From NCBI GenBank assembly GCA_001179505.1, contig CDMY01000728.1, positions 1-26,487 of the forward strand: a stretch of DNA of 26,487 nucleotides, in the 5' to 3' direction. This DNA comes from Vitrella brassicaformis CCMP3155 (Eukaryota > Protista > Chromerida). The position numbers and the translations under genes were made by a program. Positions 23,601-26,487 of this stretch are shown one piece after another; the stretch's first letter is position 1, and every line of letters begins with the position of its first letter. Under the pieces are notes generated by a model, which worked only from the letters and a program-made list of their open reading frames with translations, had not been told where the DNA came from and did no database searches.

Positions 23601-26425
23601 ACGTATCTGAGCATCCGTCTCCCGCCGCCGTGTTCCCGTCATCGCACTGAGAACGTACACAGCCAGCCAGTCATCATCGGTGCTTGTGAGACCGTCTCAC
23701 GCTCGTGCACGTACAAAGAAAGACATTACCTCCTCCCCGCCAACCAAGAGGCCGTCACCACATACTGGTACGCAACTCGCGCTGGGTGTTGGGCATGTAT
23801 AGCCTGATTCAATCTGGCACGTGTCTGAGCACCCGTCGCCCGCTGCAGTGTTCCCGTCATCGCACTGAGAACGTTCACATGCACACACTTCCGAGACTCG
23901 CCCATCTGTGCGTGGGCACAATACGCGTACCTGTTCTGAGCCCTTCAGTTGACCATCCCCACATATGGCTGCCGCGCAAAGACGCAAAAGACAACAACAG
24001 TTTTTGCTGTGGTACGTGTGGCGTGGCGTGGTGTGATGCATACTTACGATCGCACGGAAACCCAGGGGTCGAACATACCCACCCCACCTCCAGCAAACAG
24101 TTGTCGTCGCATCCGTCGCCTACAGACACGAGCAGCGGAATGGATGTTCTTCCTCGTGTGCTGTTTATTGTCGTTACCGACGGCCGTATTCCCATCATCA
24201 CACTGAGACACCAATGTACACAGCCAGTCAGCCACATCGATACTTGCGAGACTCGCTATCCATCGCTTATGTAAATACATAGGTACAGACACAGACCTGT
24301 TCCCCGCCAATCACGAGGCCGTCGCCACATAACGGTTCGCAAATCTCTCCGGGTGTGGGGCATGTATAGCCTGATTCCGTCTGGCATGTAGCCGAACAAC
24401 CGTCGCCCCCCATGTCGTTGCCATCTGGGTGGAAGCAACAAAAGGAGACGGAGGGCATATGGCGTCATGACAGCTGCTGACTGCAGTGCAGTACAATAAG
24501 TACCATCACAGGTTTCGCTTCCAGTCACAATGTAATCGCCGCACTTCGCTTCAGGCTCAATATCTAGAAGAGGACAGTTACACCGTACTGCCTTCAGAGA
24601 TGCGCTGCGGATCTGCGCTTCTGTGTTTACCGAGGCAGTTGGCTGCACATGCACAATCCCGGATCCCAGCTGTAGCATGGATACCACACCATTGCACGCA
24701 AGACAGAAGGCAAAAAACGGAATAGAACAGAACATGTCCAGTCTCCCCTTTCATCCTACTGACAGTCGTAGTTCCCGTCGGGGAACTGGTTCCATCCGTC
24801 CGGCGCCGGGTCTGCTCCCCATTTGAGGAAGCAGGAACCGGCATTGTGGAAAGAGAACCCACGGCACTCGGGCGTATTCCGGCACGCCGCCGCACATTCG
24901 TTGTAAGTGAAGCCGGGAGCTCCGTGCCAATTAAAGAGGTTGCCGCTGAAGAGAACCTCCCCATTATACTGCTTAAAGGTGTCGCAACCTTCAAAGATAT
25001 GCCACGAGACAGGACAAGCAATGCGAGACTCGTGTGTTTGTGTTTCTATGTGATTGACCTGGTTGAACGATAAACTCTATTGTCGCGGGAGTATTGCTCA
25101 CAAGGTTGCCCGAGAAATCCGCCACATTGTGTGAAGGATCGAGTCCAATCACGACTTTGGCAGTGGTGAATCCGGGAGGCAACTCATCCAGACGGATCTG
25201 AGTGACAAATGGAGATAAGACACATCCCCCACCCCCGCATACACACATATGCTGTCGTGCCCACCTCGACGCCCCATTTGTCACTCCATAGCGGCCATGT
25301 GACATTCTCCTGGTGCAAAGGCGCGAGGTGGACCCAGCCCAGGCCCCCGTCAAAAGTGCAGTTGGTGCAATGGATGTCCAGATCAGAGGGGTCAATGTGC
25401 TTCACTGGCTCGGTGAAGTGAATCTCTGTTGGGCCAAAACGGAGGAACATGCGTGTGGATTTTCTGTTCCGTTCTCTGGTGATTGCGTACCAGCGAATAG
25501 ATGGATGTAGTTGGGGTGGTTGTAGAAGTTGGGGACGCTCCCACCGGGTAAGGGTAAAGCGCTCGTGTCGCCGCGGCGCACTATCATCATCTCAGGTGCT
25601 TTCACATCTTAAAAAAACACGGAAAGAAGACAGACAGACAGACAGACAGAGCAGTAGGATATGATGTCTGGAATCACTTTACCAGCATTCACGGAGCAGG
25701 CCCTCGCGGAGCTGACTTGAGCGGGGTTTACTGAGCCACTGAGCTCGGCTTGATCATAGAGGCGACAGGGAGCTGGGACCGACCCGCCGCCAGGTTGGCC
25801 ATTCCGGGCGTCGAAGGTGAAGGATTCGCAACTGGGGTTCTCAAGACACAGTCGGCTACAGTGCCACCAAGACTCGGCATTGGTGTCCTCGATTGTTGAA
25901 TGCGTCAAACCCTCCCCCCAGAGCATTCCGCAGCCTGACGAAGCGCACACACACAGATTCGCGCATCGACTTTATCGACTCAGGCACACACCGTGGTACA
26001 CGATGAGTGTATTCGACGGGTTGTTGTGGTCCAAATTTCCGTAGTTACGTGAGAACACATTCCCCGGCACCTGGATCGTCACGCGTCCCTTCTGTATGGG
26101 CCATATCCACTCGACAATCTCTCTGTTGGTTGGCTGTGAAACAAATACGATAACTCCGTTGACGCCGCCGAGTGTCTGCCAGCTCGTCAGGTTGGTGAAG
26201 TTGTTGAAGGCCAGACCAGAAATGTCCTCTGAAAACCGGATGGTGACCTCGAAATAGTTGGCTTCAGCGTCCGCGGGGAAGACAGATGGCATCAGCACTT
26301 GCACCGATGGAGGCTCCACTGCACAAATAAACACGAGACTTGCAATAATCTCTTTGCTTTGCCTGTGGTCGAGTGTGGTTGGTTGGCCATGGTCACGCAC
26401 CGCAGCCGGCCTCGTGCTTCTCACA
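17654..26425 (-). CDS. Giant GAIN/GPS-containing polycystin-1-like (5-TM) surface receptor with Ig-like, PAN/apple and Myxococcus Cys-rich repeat ectodomain (5'-partial)
   Basis: Continuous frame-consistent exon chain from mini-exon 26425-26401 (CEKHEAGC) to the stop at 17654. GPS: VVCGFWNASTHQWDTQGCHVNLALSNETTLCCECTHLTEFSSLF. Polycystin-type TM motifs: DHPLLKLFILNPTFTAVQRTLFF…MCAVFF, TLRQIAVLLWSILLSKPIPLTLLFLFRKAVP, EFLNSFILQPIIFF. Confidence 0.85.
21558..21765 (-). other. GPS autoproteolysis motif (C-terminal part of a GAIN domain), split by intron 21643-21716
   Basis: C-x-FW…W…GC…C-x-C-x-H-L-T-x-F. The His, Leu and Thr codons lie at 21586-21578. Confidence 0.9.
23255..23470 (-). repeat. 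Pro/Thr-rich mucin-like stalk (TTAPP repeats)
   Basis: TTAPPTTAPPPPVTTAPPPPPPTTLPPSTTAQPPPATTAAPTTGPVTTAPPTTVPQP. Confidence 0.85.
23553..24545 (-). repeat. Four Myxococcus-type cysteine-rich repeats (CGDG…E-x-CDDGN…GDGC…C)
   Basis: CGDYIVTGSETCDDGNDMGGDGCSATC; CGDGLVIGGEQCDDGNTAVGDGCDDNC; CGDGQLKGSEQCDDGNTAAGDGCSDTC; CGDGLLVGGEECDDGNTAAGDGCSDTC. Confidence 0.9.
24764..24988 (-). other. PAN/apple domain 2 (not visible in the ORF track)
   Basis: Exon translates to CDTFKQYNGEVLFSGNL…TYNECAAACRNTPECRGFSFHNAGSCFLKWG…YD, spliced to SGIRDC. Confidence 0.85.
25059..25607 (-). other. Bacterial-type Ig-like domain 2 (three exons)
   Basis: DVKAPEMMIV…EIHFTEPVKHIDPSDLDI…IRLDELP…AKVVIGLDPSHNVADFSGN…TPATIEF: D-x2-P…F-x-E-P-V…D-x2-G-N pattern. 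Confidence 0.55.
25683..25934 (-). other. PAN/apple domain 1
   Basis: C…SWWHCSRLCLENPSCESFTF…PCRLYD…SSARAC: the C-x3-C-x5-C-x2-F-x-F…C-x-L pattern of PAN domains. Confidence 0.8.
25992..26318 (-). other. Bacterial-type Ig-like domain 1 of the receptor
   Basis: Exon reads EPPSVQVLMP…FEVTIRFSEDISGL…GRVTIQVPGNVFSRNYGN…NPSNTLIVYH. It resembles the P-x-V…V-T-x-x-F-S-E…V-x-I-x-V…G-N pattern of bacterial Ig-like repeats. Recognised by eye. Confidence 0.6.
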
Positions 26426-26487
26426 CTGACAGGATACATACATAGCATGACGGAAAGAAAAGAGGGGAAGTGCTCAACAATCGAGAG

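Noticed and set aside
23553-24545. Regularly spaced similar DNA units as a CRISPR-like array
   Set aside because: The units encode in-frame Cys-rich protein repeats with synonymous divergence and splice sites. The context is eukaryotic, with no cas genes.
8929-26425. Functional cluster of glycolipid hydrolase + protease + surface receptor
   Set aside because: All three are secretory-pathway proteins, but eukaryotic neighbourhood alone is weak evidence. Orientations are mixed and I see no shared regulatory element.
26340-26448. ATG at 26448 as receptor start, or a GC-AG intron near 26355
   Set aside because: A standard AG/GT mini-exon at 26425-26401 joins in frame to 26318, and there is no signal peptide. 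The gene starts outside the window.
1-26487. Transposon, rRNA or tRNA genes
   Set aside because: No transposase, reverse-transcriptase or integrase motifs, terminal repeats, cloverleaf or rRNA-like segments were recognised by eye. tRNAscan-SE, Infernal and RepeatMasker were not run.

Overview
Eukaryotic, intron-dense genomic DNA with GC-rich exons and short introns full of (CA)n, (GT)n, (CAGA)n and (GATG)n microsatellites; acceptors are typically ...GTGTGCAG. This style, with the gene content, best fits a chromerid alveolate such as Vitrella (inference, not verified). I spliced five protein-coding genes by hand. (1) + strand <2-8311: a 5'-partial, very large helical protein of unknown function. 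(2) - strand 11367-8929: a GH5 endoglycoceramidase-like glycosidase. (3) + strand 11474-14818: a hypothetical protein with a coiled-coil-like N-terminus, a small beta-barrel-like segment, an F-box-like motif and an LRR-like tail, interrupted by a 300-N gap. (4) - strand 17036-15045: a secreted pepsin-family aspartic protease with a variant DTAS first catalytic motif. (5) - strand >26425-17654: a 5'-partial giant surface receptor, the most interesting object here. Its order is bacterial-type Ig / PAN / Ig / PAN / four Myxococcus-type Cys-rich repeats / Pro-Thr stalk / GAIN with an intact HL|T GPS site / five polycystin-1-like TM helices, with no channel half. No rRNA, tRNA, CRISPR or transposase was recognised. 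All exon boundaries are manual GT-AG, frame-consistent predictions without RNA evidence.
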